Assembly: GCF_965221685.1 (NCBI RefSeq)
Contig: NZ_OZ244907.1
Strand: one strand, 5' to 3'
Source of the DNA: Candidatus Palauibacter sp.
Lineage (GTDB): Bacteria; Gemmatimonadota; Gemmatimonadetes; Palauibacterales; Palauibacteraceae
Length of the DNA stretch: 64,000 bases
The translations under genes and the position numbers were made by a program. The notes under the pieces are model-generated. The model made no database searches and was not told where the DNA came from. It saw only the letters and a list, made by a program, of their open reading frames with translations. Positions 22,469-30,881 of the stretch are shown piece by piece (position 1 is the first letter of the stretch; every line of letters starts with the position of its first letter).

Positions 22469-23464
22469 CTACGCCGCCGCGCGGAAGAGGACCCGGCGGC
22501 CCGTCAGATCGAGGCGCTCGACGCCGTCCACGCCGCTCCAGCCGTCGCCGGCCCGGTCGATGCGGCGGCCCGGGTCGAGGAGGACGCAGGAGGCCGGGGC
22601 GAAGCGGGCTGCGAGCCGTGCCCCCCGCGTCCGGTCGTCCAGCGCCAGGCGGGCCGAGGCGTGGGGAAGCGCGACGATCCCCTGGGCGATCCCGAGTCCC
22701 GCATCGAACACCTCGGGGTTCCCCTCCCCCCAGGGTGGCCGATCGTGAAAGAGGACGATGCGCTCCGTCAGCGCCATCGCGCCCGCCGAGCGGGCGATCA
22801 CGGTGCGCCCTTCGAGGAGTTCCCGTCCGCCGAAGAGGCGAAGCCGGCTGAGCAGATTCGAGACGTGCCCGCCCTCGACGACGACCAACTCGACCCCCTC
22901 GAGGCGCGCGTCCACCTCCCGTCGCTGCGACCGCACGGCATCGCGCTCATCCGGCGCCATGCGCTCTTCGAACTCCGAGCGAAGCTCGACCACGCGGTCC
23001 AGATGGCGGGCATCGAGGCAGCGAATCGCTTCGAGAGCCTCCTCCCGCTCGGCGGCGAGCACCGTCTCGTCTCCCCGCAGCCCGGTCAACTGCCGATGGG
23101 CGTCGATGAGACCGTGGAGCCGCAGGTTGTAGGCGCGGCGCAGCGCCCTGAGCCGGTTCCGGCTCTCCAGGTGCGCACGCGCGAGTTCCGCGTCCGCCTC
23201 GGCGATCCGGTCGGAGCGCCGATAGAGTTCGAGATCCACGACGCGATCCGCCAGGCGGGGATGGATGAGTCCTTCGTTCGCCTCCCGGTCCCGCCATCCG
23301 GCGGTGATGGCCGCGATCCGCGCGCCCGGCGACAGCGCGCCTCCGGCCTCCAGTTCCCGCACCACGTCGATGAGCGCAAGGTCGCCCCCTCGCGGACCCA
23401 GGAGGACGAGCCGGGACGGGGACCCGGCGTTGTCATTGACCCGACGCCTTCTCGACACCCTCAT
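22469..23464 (-). CDS. Peptidase S51-family (cyanophycinase / peptidase E family) serine hydrolase with N-terminal coiled-coil-like extension
   Basis: C-terminal class-I-glutamine-amidotransferase-like fold with VIARSAGAMAL (GxSAG serine motif of S51) and downstream His/Glu-containing blocks. The N-terminal ~150 aa are Arg/Glu/Ala-rich heptad-like. ATG 23464 forms an ATGA overlap with the upstream ATP-grasp stop. Confidence 0.55.
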   Translation of the reverse strand: MRVSRRRRVNDNAGSPSRLVLLGPRGGDLALIDVVRELEAGGALSPGARIAAITAGWRDREANEGLIHPRLADRVVDLELYRRSDRIAEADAELARAHLESRNRLRALRRAYNLRLHGLIDAHRQLTGLRGDETVLAAEREEALEAIRCLDARHLDRVVELRSEFEERMAPDERDAVRSQRREVDARLEGVELVVVEGGHVSNLLSRLRLFGGRELLEGRTVIARSAGAMALTERIVLFHDRPPWGEGNPEVFDAGLGIAQGIVALPHASARLALDDRTRGARLAARFAPASCVLLDPGRRIDRAGDGWSGVDGVERLDLTGRRVLFRAAA

Positions 23465-24684
23465 GCGGCGCGCACTCTCACCCAGCGTCCGACCGCGTCG
23501 AGCATTTCGCGCAGTTCGTCGTAGTCCGGGTGCCGCAGACGTAGCCAGGCGTTCGCCATGTATCCGGCCTCCACCGGCTGGGTGGGCGTACCGGGCGGCG
23601 GCAGGTGCGTGTCGATGATCCACTCCCCGAAGCGGGCTTCCACCTCGTCCAGACCCTCATACCCCGCGATCCGCCCATCGTTTTCGGGCCGCAGCGTCAC
23701 GATCCCCGCGGAGTACCGGCGCGACGCGTCCCGCAGTTTCCGGCCATGCACGATGCAGGCCGCCCACTCGCGGTACACATCCAGTTCGTTCGCCGCGCCG
23801 TAGAGGTCCCAGGCCCGGACGCCGGGCGGACGGCAACCGATCTCGGAGAATCTGAGTCCCTTCTCTCCGAAGAACCATTCCATGTGGGTGGCGGAGGTCC
23901 CGATCTCGAGCGCATCGATGACCCGCTGCCCCAGGTCCCGGACCTCCGCGTAGGCGTGAGCGGCGTCGATCCGGTTCGTGGCGATGAACTGGGGCGACAC
24001 CTCCCGCGTCCGCATCGCCTCGAGCACGTTCGGGTAGTAGTGGGTCATGAAATCGTGGACGATCACGCCGTCCACCGTCAGCGTGTCGTAGAAGGCCTCG
24101 TGTCCGTCCACGAACTCCTCGACGGCGACTTCGGCGCCATGCCCGACGCCGAGGCGCGGGAGCAGAGCCACAAGCTGCGCCTCATCGTCGACGCGATACG
24201 TGCCCGAGGCGCCCGCCCCGGCGCGAGGCTTGATGATGAGCGGATAACCGATCCTCCGGCCGAAACCGGCGATCTCCTCGGCGTCGCCTCCCCCCATGGA
24301 TTGAGCGGTCGCGATCCCCGCAGCGCGAAGGGCGTCCTTCATTGCCGGCTTGTCGCGGCACAGGTGCGCGGTCCTCACCGAGGTCCCGGCCAGTCCGGCG
24401 GCTTCCCGCACGCGGGCGACCGGAAGGATGTGGGCTTCCACCGTGGCCTCGAGGCGATCCACGGGTTGCCGCCGGTGGATCTCGTGAAGGGCGTGCGCGA
24501 GCGCGCCCTCGTCGCACACGGAGCCGACCTGCTCGTAGCAGGTGAGCCACCGGTGCAGATCCGGGCCGAGCGCCTCCACCGGGGCTTCGCCCACCGCCGA
24601 CACGTCCGCGCCGATCTCGTGCAGACCGCGCACGAAGTCCTTCTGGTTTCCGGGAAACAGGGGTTCAACGAATACGACGTGCAT
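23461..24684 (-). CDS. ATP-grasp ligase, L-amino-acid-ligase-like (paralog A)
   Basis: 407 aa from ATG 24684, homologous position to paralogs C and D. Motifs CRDKPAMKDALRAAGI, GYPLIIKP, VAVEEFVDGHE, THMEWF, EIGCRPPG. These resemble BacD/YwfE-type Lal (ARDKNKMRDAF ... THTE ... ESAARFAGW). Confidence 0.7.
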   Translation of the reverse strand: MHVVFVEPLFPGNQKDFVRGLHEIGADVSAVGEAPVEALGPDLHRWLTCYEQVGSVCDEGALAHALHEIHRRQPVDRLEATVEAHILPVARVREAAGLAGTSVRTAHLCRDKPAMKDALRAAGIATAQSMGGGDAEEIAGFGRRIGYPLIIKPRAGAGASGTYRVDDEAQLVALLPRLGVGHGAEVAVEEFVDGHEAFYDTLTVDGVIVHDFMTHYYPNVLEAMRTREVSPQFIATNRIDAAHAYAEVRDLGQRVIDALEIGTSATHMEWFFGEKGLRFSEIGCRPPGVRAWDLYGAANELDVYREWAACIVHGRKLRDASRRYSAGIVTLRPENDGRIAGYEGLDEVEARFGEWIIDTHLPPPGTPTQPVEAGYMANAWLRLRHPDYDELREMLDAVGRWVRVRAA

Positions 24685-24808
24685 TGCTTCGCCAACGACT
24701 CGTGGGAAAAACTTCACTTTGAGGGCCCGACATAGTACAGTCCCTGCTCTCAAACGCCAGCCCGTCCGGCGGCGGCCGTCCGGCCCGCCGCGGGAACCCG
24801 GAAGATCC
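24685..24808. promoter_or_regulatory. Shared 124-bp divergent promoter region between ATP-grasp paralogs A (minus) and C (plus), with an AT-rich core GGGAAAAACTTCACTTTGAGGG
   Basis: The only intergenic space inside the cluster larger than 20 bp. No ORF with a start and stop fits. The frame contiguous with C has no ATG. Confidence 0.4.
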
Positions 24809-26032
24809 ATGCTCAACGTCGCCTTCGTCGCCCCGTTCTATCTCCCTACCACGCTGCGCTTTCTGGAGGCCGCCGCGGGGCTCGCCGACGTGCGCCTCGG
24901 GGTCGTGACGCAGGAACCGCTCGAACGAACGCCGGCCGCCCTCCGGCAGCGGATCGCGGCGCACGTCCGGGTCGAGGACGCGCTGTCGGCGGAGGGCATC
25001 CACGTCGGGCTGCGCCGGCTCTCTGCCGACCTCGGCGGGATCGACCGTCTGCTGGGCGCGCTGGAGGAGCTTCAGGTACCGCTCGGGGAGCTGCGTGACG
25101 CCCTGGGGTTCGCCGGGATGGGTGGGGCCGCCGCGCGCAATTTCCGCGACAAGTCCCTGATGAAGGACGTGCTCCGGGCACACGGCCTGCCCTGTGCCCG
25201 CCACGCGCTGGTCCGCGATGAGGACGAGGCAACGGCCTTCTCGGATGCGACGGGCTTCCCCCTCATCGTGAAGCCGCCGGCCGGTTCCGGCGCCCGCGGC
25301 ACCTTCCGCGTCGAAACGTCGGCGCAGTTGCGCACGGCGATCGCGATGTCGCGGCCGAGCGGCGAGCGGCCGACGCTCGTCGAGGAGTTCGTCGTGGGCG
25401 AGGAACACTCCTTCGACGCGGTCTCGATCGGCGGGCGCCTCGTCTGGCATTCGATCAACCACTACCTGCCTTCCCCGCTCGAGGTGCTGCGCGAGCCGTG
25501 GATCCAGTGGTGCGTCCTCCTCCCGCGGGAGGTCGATTCGCCCCGGTACGAGGAGATCCGGCGCGTTGCCGGACCCGCGCTCGATGCGCTCGGGATGGAG
25601 ACGGGGTTGAGCCACATGGAGTGGTTCCGGCGGCCCGACGGTTCGGTGGCGATCTCCGAAGTCGGGGCCCGCCCCCCTGGAGCCCAGTTCGTCACACTGA
25701 TCTCGCAGGCGCACGACTTCGACCTCTACCGTGCCTGGGCCCACCTCCTGGTCTTCGACGAGTTCGATCCCCCGCCGCGCCCCTATGCGGCCGGCGCGGC
25801 CTATCTCCGGGGACAGGGGCGGGGCCCCGTGCGACGGGTGGCCGGCATCGAGGAGATCGCGAACGACCTCGGGCCGCTCTGCGTCGAGTGGCGCCTCCCT
25901 CGGGCGGGACAGGCGCAGAGCGCGTCGTACGAGGGAGAGGGCTACATCATCGTCCGCCATCCGCGCACCGAGGTCGTCGAGGAGGCGCTGGGGCGGATCA
26001 TCACCCGCGTACGGGTGGAACTCGCCAAGTAA
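24809..26032 (+). CDS. ATP-grasp ligase, L-amino-acid-ligase-like (paralog C)
   Basis: 407 aa from ATG 24809. FRDKSLMKDVLRAHGLP, GFPLIVKPPAGSGARG, LVEEFVVGEEHS, SHMEWF, EVGARPPG. Confidence 0.7.
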   Translation: MLNVAFVAPFYLPTTLRFLEAAAGLADVRLGVVTQEPLERTPAALRQRIAAHVRVEDALSAEGIHVGLRRLSADLGGIDRLLGALEELQVPLGELRDALGFAGMGGAAARNFRDKSLMKDVLRAHGLPCARHALVRDEDEATAFSDATGFPLIVKPPAGSGARGTFRVETSAQLRTAIAMSRPSGERPTLVEEFVVGEEHSFDAVSIGGRLVWHSINHYLPSPLEVLREPWIQWCVLLPREVDSPRYEEIRRVAGPALDALGMETGLSHMEWFRRPDGSVAISEVGARPPGAQFVTLISQAHDFDLYRAWAHLLVFDEFDPPPRPYAAGAAYLRGQGRGPVRRVAGIEEIANDLGPLCVEWRLPRAGQAQSASYEGEGYIIVRHPRTEVVEEALGRIITRVRVELAK

Positions 26033-26052
26033 CGAAACCATTCAACGGAACC

Positions 26053-27270
26053 ATGAACGTACTGATGATTTCGCCGGGTTACCCGGCCGAGATGACGTAT
26101 TTCACACGGGGGCTCGCGGAGGTGGGCGCGAACGTCATCGGCCTGGGCGATCAGCCCGGGTCGGCGCTGCCCGAGGTCGCCCGGACGAGCGTTTCCACGC
26201 ACCTGCAGGTGAGGTCGCTGGCGGATGAGGCGGACGTGATGCGGCAGGTCGCCGCGCTCGCCGAGAGCACCCGCATCGACCGCGTGGAGTGTCTCTGGGA
26301 GCCCTTCATGATCCTCGCGGCGCGGCTGCGGGAGATGCTGGAGCTGCCCGGGCCGACCGTCGCGCAGACGCTCCCCTTCCGCGACAAGGAAGTGATGAAG
26401 GACGTCCTCGACAGCGCGGGGATCCGGACGCCCCGCCACGGGAGGGCCACGAGCAGCGCCGAGTGCCGCGAGGTTGCGGAGCACGTCGGCTTCCCGCTCA
26501 TCGTGAAGCCCGTCGACGGGGCCGGCTCGGCCGACACGCACCGGGTCGATTCGGCGCGGGAGCTGGAGCGGATCCTTCCGGCTCTCCGGCACGTTCCGCA
26601 GGTCACGGTGGAGGAGTTCATCGAGGGCGAGGACATGACCTTCGACACGGTCACGGTCGGGGGTGTCGTCGCGCACTACAACATCTGCCGCTACTGGCCC
26701 CGTGCGCTCGAGTCGAAGACGCACGAGTGGCTCAGCCCCATCACCTATGCGCTGCGCGACGTGGAGGCGGATGATGTCGCCGCCGGACGCGAGATGGGGT
26801 TCGCCGTGCTCGCCGCGCTCGGATTCGAGACCGGCTACACGCACATGGAGTGGTACCGGACGGCGGACGGGGAGGCCGTGTTCGGCGAAATCGCCGCGAG
26901 GCCCCCCGGCGTGCGGACGGTCGACCTCATCAACTTTGCGAGCGACATCGACACCTATCGCGGGTGGGCCGAGGGCGTCGTGCACGCGAAGTGGTCGCAG
27001 CCGGTGGAACGGAAGTACAACGCCTGCTGGATCGTCAAGCGGGCGCGCGGGCAGGGCCGGATCCAGCGCATCGAGGGGCTCGGCCCCCTGCTGCAGGAGT
27101 ACGGCGAGCGTGTGTGCAGCCTCGATCTGCTCCCGGTCGGGTCGCCACGGCGGAACTGGCAGGCCACGCTCGTCTCCGACGGGATGATCTTCCTCCGGCA
27201 CCCCGACCTCGGGGCGCTGGAGACGATCGCCGGCGAGTTCGCGACGCGGCTGCAACTCTACGCGGCCTGA
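26053..27270 (+). CDS. ATP-grasp ligase, L-amino-acid-ligase-like (paralog D)
   Basis: 405 aa from ATG 26053, 20 bp after C. FRDKEVMKDVLDSAGIRTP, GFPLIVKPVDGAGS, TVEEFIEGED, THMEWY, EIAARPPG. Confidence 0.7.
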   Translation: MNVLMISPGYPAEMTYFTRGLAEVGANVIGLGDQPGSALPEVARTSVSTHLQVRSLADEADVMRQVAALAESTRIDRVECLWEPFMILAARLREMLELPGPTVAQTLPFRDKEVMKDVLDSAGIRTPRHGRATSSAECREVAEHVGFPLIVKPVDGAGSADTHRVDSARELERILPALRHVPQVTVEEFIEGEDMTFDTVTVGGVVAHYNICRYWPRALESKTHEWLSPITYALRDVEADDVAAGREMGFAVLAALGFETGYTHMEWYRTADGEAVFGEIAARPPGVRTVDLINFASDIDTYRGWAEGVVHAKWSQPVERKYNACWIVKRARGQGRIQRIEGLGPLLQEYGERVCSLDLLPVGSPRRNWQATLVSDGMIFLRHPDLGALETIAGEFATRLQLYAA

Positions 27271-29279
27271 CCCCCCTTGCCCGACTCTTCCGAGCGCGTG
27301 AGCACGAGAAAACCCAGCGGCGGGAGATCGAGCGCGAGCGAGGCGGGGCGTCCGTGGCGGGAGACCTCCTCCGCGCAAGCCGGAGACGCGGTGCGTCCGC
27401 TCCCCCCGAAATCCGGGTCGCCGCTGTCCAGCAGGACGCGGTACGGCCCGGCTTCGGGCAGGGCGACCCGATACCGCGGCCATGCGGTCGCGGAGAAGTT
27501 CGCGACGACGACGACCGCTCCCTCCCACTCCGGCCGCCAACGCACGTAGCTCAGTACGCTGTGCGACGCGTCGTGCACGTCCAGCCACTCGAACCCTTCC
27601 GGCCTGTGGTCGAAGGCGTGCAGCGCCGGTTCGCTCGCGTAGAGACGGTTCAGCGCGCGCACCCAGCGCCGGAGCCCGCGGTGCGCCCGGTGCGTCGGGT
27701 TCGCTGACGCATCCGGAAGACCCCAGTCCAGCTCACCATCCTCGTCCCATTCCCGCCGCTCCCCGATCTCCCCTCCCATGAAGAGCAGCTTGGCGCCGGG
27801 GTGCGTCCACATGTAGCCGAGGAGGAGGCGGAGGCCGGCGAACTTCTCGTCGTCCGTCCCCGGCATCTTTTCAACGAGAGAACACTTGAGGTGAACAACT
27901 TCATCATGCGACAAGGGAAGTAGATACCGTTCCGAATGCGCATAGTGAAGCGAGAACGTCAGGTGGCGGTGCAGGCGCGGCCGCCGCTTCGGTGGCGCGG
28001 CGAGGACCCGGAGCGTGTCGTTCATCCATCCCATGTTCCACTTGAAGTCGAACCCGAGCCCTCCCTCGTCCACCGGCGCCGTCACCCCCGGCCACGCGCT
28101 GCTCTCCTCCGCGAACAGGAGAACGCCCGGAAGGTCGCGGTGGACCATCTCCGAGAGTCCTTTCAGGAAGGCGATCGCGCCGAGGTTCTCCCGTCCCCCG
28201 AGTTCGTTCGGCTCCCACTCTCCCTCATCCCGTGAATAGTCGAGGTGGAGCATCGACGCCACCGCATCGACGCGCAGGCCGTCCACGTGGTAGTGCTCGA
28301 TCCAGTAGCGCGCGCTCGAGAGGAGGAAGGAGACGACCTCGGGGCGGTTGAAATCGAAGGCGAGCGTGCCCCAGTCCGGATGAACGGCCCGCGATTCTTC
28401 TCCCATCTCGTAGAGGGGAGCGCCGTCGAACGTGCGCAGGCCGTGGAGGTCGGGGCCGAAGTGGCCGGGCACCCAGTCGAGCACGACGCCCAGCCCCAGG
28501 CGGTGGGCCTCGTCCACGAAATGTGCGAAGTCCTCCGGCGGTCCGTAGCGGGAGGTGGGGGCGAAGTACCCGACGGTCTGATATCCCCAACTCCCGTCAT
28601 ACGGATGTTCCATGACGGGGAGGAGTTCGATGTGCGTGAAACCCAGGTCGGCCACGTAGGGCAGCAGCTCCCGGGCGAGCGCGCGGTACCCCAGCCACGA
28701 GCCGTCGGCGTTCCGGCGCCAGGAACCGGGGTGGACCTCGTAGATGGAGACGGGGACTCCGGGAGTCGCGCGTTCCGGCCGGGTCTCGACCCACGCCGCA
28801 TCCGTCCAGCCGTGGGGGGCGGTCGACACGACTCGCGACGCGGTGCCCGGCCTGACTTCGGCGGCGCGCCCGAGCGGATCGGCCTTGTCGACCGCAAGGG
28901 GGAGCCCGCCCGGGGCGCCGTCCGTCCCGGAGCGCACCCGGAACTTGTACAGCTCTCCGGGTCCGACGCCGGGGACGAAGCGCTCCCACACGCCGGCATC
29001 TCCCACCTGAGACATGGGATGCGCCTCCCCCTCCCACTCGTTGAACGAGCCCACGACGCTGACCCAATGGGCGCGCGGGGCCCACACGGCGAACCGCGTA
29101 CCCGACTCCCCACCGCGCTCGCACGGGTGCGCACCGAGGAGATCATGCAGCGCCGACTCCCGTCCCGCGTGGAACGCCTCGAAGTCGGACGCCTTCAGAG
29201 GGAACGAAGGATCGCGTGCCGGGGTTTGGAGAGGTCCGGGCGGGCCGCTAGATTTTTCCTGTTCGATCTGCCACCTCAT
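27258..29279 (-). CDS. glgB: 1,4-alpha-glucan branching enzyme GlgB (GH13)
   Basis: N-terminal CBM48 (RFAVWAPRAHWVSVVGSFNEWEG ... LYKFRV) and GH13 catalytic blocks (GFTHIELLPV, VVLDWVPGHF, GLRVDAV, LFAEESSAWPGVT, FSLHYAHSE). Start at ATG 29279 (MRWQIEQ...) by alignment with GlgB N-termini. Confidence 0.9.
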   Translation of the reverse strand: MRWQIEQEKSSGPPGPLQTPARDPSFPLKASDFEAFHAGRESALHDLLGAHPCERGGESGTRFAVWAPRAHWVSVVGSFNEWEGEAHPMSQVGDAGVWERFVPGVGPGELYKFRVRSGTDGAPGGLPLAVDKADPLGRAAEVRPGTASRVVSTAPHGWTDAAWVETRPERATPGVPVSIYEVHPGSWRRNADGSWLGYRALARELLPYVADLGFTHIELLPVMEHPYDGSWGYQTVGYFAPTSRYGPPEDFAHFVDEAHRLGLGVVLDWVPGHFGPDLHGLRTFDGAPLYEMGEESRAVHPDWGTLAFDFNRPEVVSFLLSSARYWIEHYHVDGLRVDAVASMLHLDYSRDEGEWEPNELGGRENLGAIAFLKGLSEMVHRDLPGVLLFAEESSAWPGVTAPVDEGGLGFDFKWNMGWMNDTLRVLAAPPKRRPRLHRHLTFSLHYAHSERYLLPLSHDEVVHLKCSLVEKMPGTDDEKFAGLRLLLGYMWTHPGAKLLFMGGEIGERREWDEDGELDWGLPDASANPTHRAHRGLRRWVRALNRLYASEPALHAFDHRPEGFEWLDVHDASHSVLSYVRWRPEWEGAVVVVANFSATAWPRYRVALPEAGPYRVLLDSGDPDFGGSGRTASPACAEEVSRHGRPASLALDLPPLGFLVLTRSEESGKGGQAA

Positions 29280-29290
29280 CGCGGCGCGTC

Positions 29291-29305
29291 CGTCCGGACC
29301 GGACG
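29291..29305. promoter_or_regulatory. Inverted repeat CGTCCGG-A-CCGGACG in the 67-bp divergent glgB / glgA intergenic region
   Basis: Perfect 7-bp arms with a 1-nt spacer. Confidence 0.3.
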
Positions 29306-29346
29306 CCGTCCCTTGCAGCCACACATTCGCCACTTCGCGACGAAGT

Positions 29347-30867
29347 ATGAGCCGCATGCCCGCAATCGCCAAGCCAGCGCCGACACGACCGGCGGCGGGG
29401 GTCAAGCCCCCGGAGGAGCTTGCCGTCGTGCATCTCGTCGCGGAGTACTGGCCGTACGCCCGCACCGGCGGTCTCGCGGAGGCGGTGCGCGGCATCGCCA
29501 CCTTCCAGGCGGCCCAGGGGACCCCCGTCACGGTGTTCATGCCGCTCTACCGGTCGGTGCGCGAGGCTTTCCCCGACCTGGAGCCGATCACGGACAGCTT
29601 CCGCGTGCGCGTGGGGCGTCTGGTCGAGGAAGTCCGGATTCTCCAGCATCCCGGCCCGCGCCGGAACCCGCGCGTGCTCTTCGTCGATCATCCCGGGTGC
29701 TTCGACCGGGACGGGATCTACGGGGAGGGCGGGGCGGACTACACGGACAATCCGCTGCGCTTCGCGCTCTACAACCTCGCGGCGCTCCAGATTCTGCCGG
29801 AACTCGCCAACGTGCCCGTCGTCGTGCACGCGCACGACTGGCATGCGGCCCTCGCCCCCGTCTTCCTGCGCACGCGGTTCGCGGGACGCGAGGCGCACGA
29901 CCGCATGGCGGCCGTCCTCTCCATTCACAACGCCGGCTACCAGGGACTTCAGGGACCCGGCGTGCTCGGAGAGATCGGGCTTCCGCGCGAACTGTTCCAC
30001 TGGCGGCTCATGGAGTTCCACGGCCACCTGAACCTCCTCAAGGGGGGGCTCGTGTTCGCCGACTACGCGACGACCGTGAGTCCCACGCACGCACACGAGC
30101 TTCGCACGGCCACCGGCGGCTTCGGTCTTCACGGCTCTTTCATCGAGATGGGCGACCGCTTCCTCGGAATCCTGAACGGAGTCGATCTGGAAGTCTGGGA
30201 CCCCGAGACGGACGAGGAGATCGCCGCAACATTCTCGAGCGCGGAGCTGGCCGGGAAAGCGGTGTGCAAGCGGGCGCTGCAGCGGGAATACTCCCTGGCC
30301 GAGGCGCCACGCGAACCGTTGTACGGGATGACCGCGCGACTCGTCGGGCAGAAGGGGCTCGACCTCCTCATCGACGGCGGGCCGCTGGAGCGGGCCGAAG
30401 GGCAGTTCATCTTCCTCGGCCAGGGCGAGGAGCGGTACGAGACGGCGCTGCGCGAGTTGGCCGGACGGTATCCCGACCGGATCGCCGTGGACACCGGGTT
30501 CACCGAACCCAAGGAGCACCGGCTCCTGGCGGGAATCGACCTCCTCCTGATGCCGTCGCTCTACGAACCGTGCGGTCTCACGCAGATGCGGGCGCAGCTT
30601 TACGGCGTCCTCCCGGTCGCCCGGCGCGTCGGGGGGCTGGCCGACACCATCGAAGACCAGGTCACGGGCTTCCTGTTCGACGGATACACGTCGGAGGATC
30701 TCGAGGTCGCGCTCGGGCGGGCCGCCACGCTCTATGCGGGGGGGCCGGAGGCGTGGAACGAGCACGTGGTCCAGGCGATGACCCGCGACTTCGGCTGGGC
30801 GAGCAGCGCGGACCGCTATCTGGACGTTTACCGGCGGGCGCTCGCCGCGCACGCCCCGGGCGACTGA
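29347..30867 (+). CDS. glgA: Glycogen synthase GlgA (GT5)
   Basis: VVHLVAEYWPYARTGGLAEAV (KTGGL motif), HAHDWH, and C-terminal GT-B blocks (PLYGMTARLVGQKGLDL ... EPCGLTQMRAQLYG). ATG 29347. Confidence 0.85.
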   Translation: MSRMPAIAKPAPTRPAAGVKPPEELAVVHLVAEYWPYARTGGLAEAVRGIATFQAAQGTPVTVFMPLYRSVREAFPDLEPITDSFRVRVGRLVEEVRILQHPGPRRNPRVLFVDHPGCFDRDGIYGEGGADYTDNPLRFALYNLAALQILPELANVPVVVHAHDWHAALAPVFLRTRFAGREAHDRMAAVLSIHNAGYQGLQGPGVLGEIGLPRELFHWRLMEFHGHLNLLKGGLVFADYATTVSPTHAHELRTATGGFGLHGSFIEMGDRFLGILNGVDLEVWDPETDEEIAATFSSAELAGKAVCKRALQREYSLAEAPREPLYGMTARLVGQKGLDLLIDGGPLERAEGQFIFLGQGEERYETALRELAGRYPDRIAVDTGFTEPKEHRLLAGIDLLLMPSLYEPCGLTQMRAQLYGVLPVARRVGGLADTIEDQVTGFLFDGYTSEDLEVALGRAATLYAGGPEAWNEHVVQAMTRDFGWASSADRYLDVYRRALAAHAPGD

Positions 30868-30881
30868 ACCCCTCCTCGACC

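Noticed and set aside
24685-24808. Search for a graspetide/microviridin-type precursor-peptide gene next to the ATP-grasp ligases
   Set aside because: Two frames hit stops within 17 codons. The third is simply the 5' extension of ATP-grasp C with no ATG. No small ORF with start, stop and SD anywhere inside the cluster.
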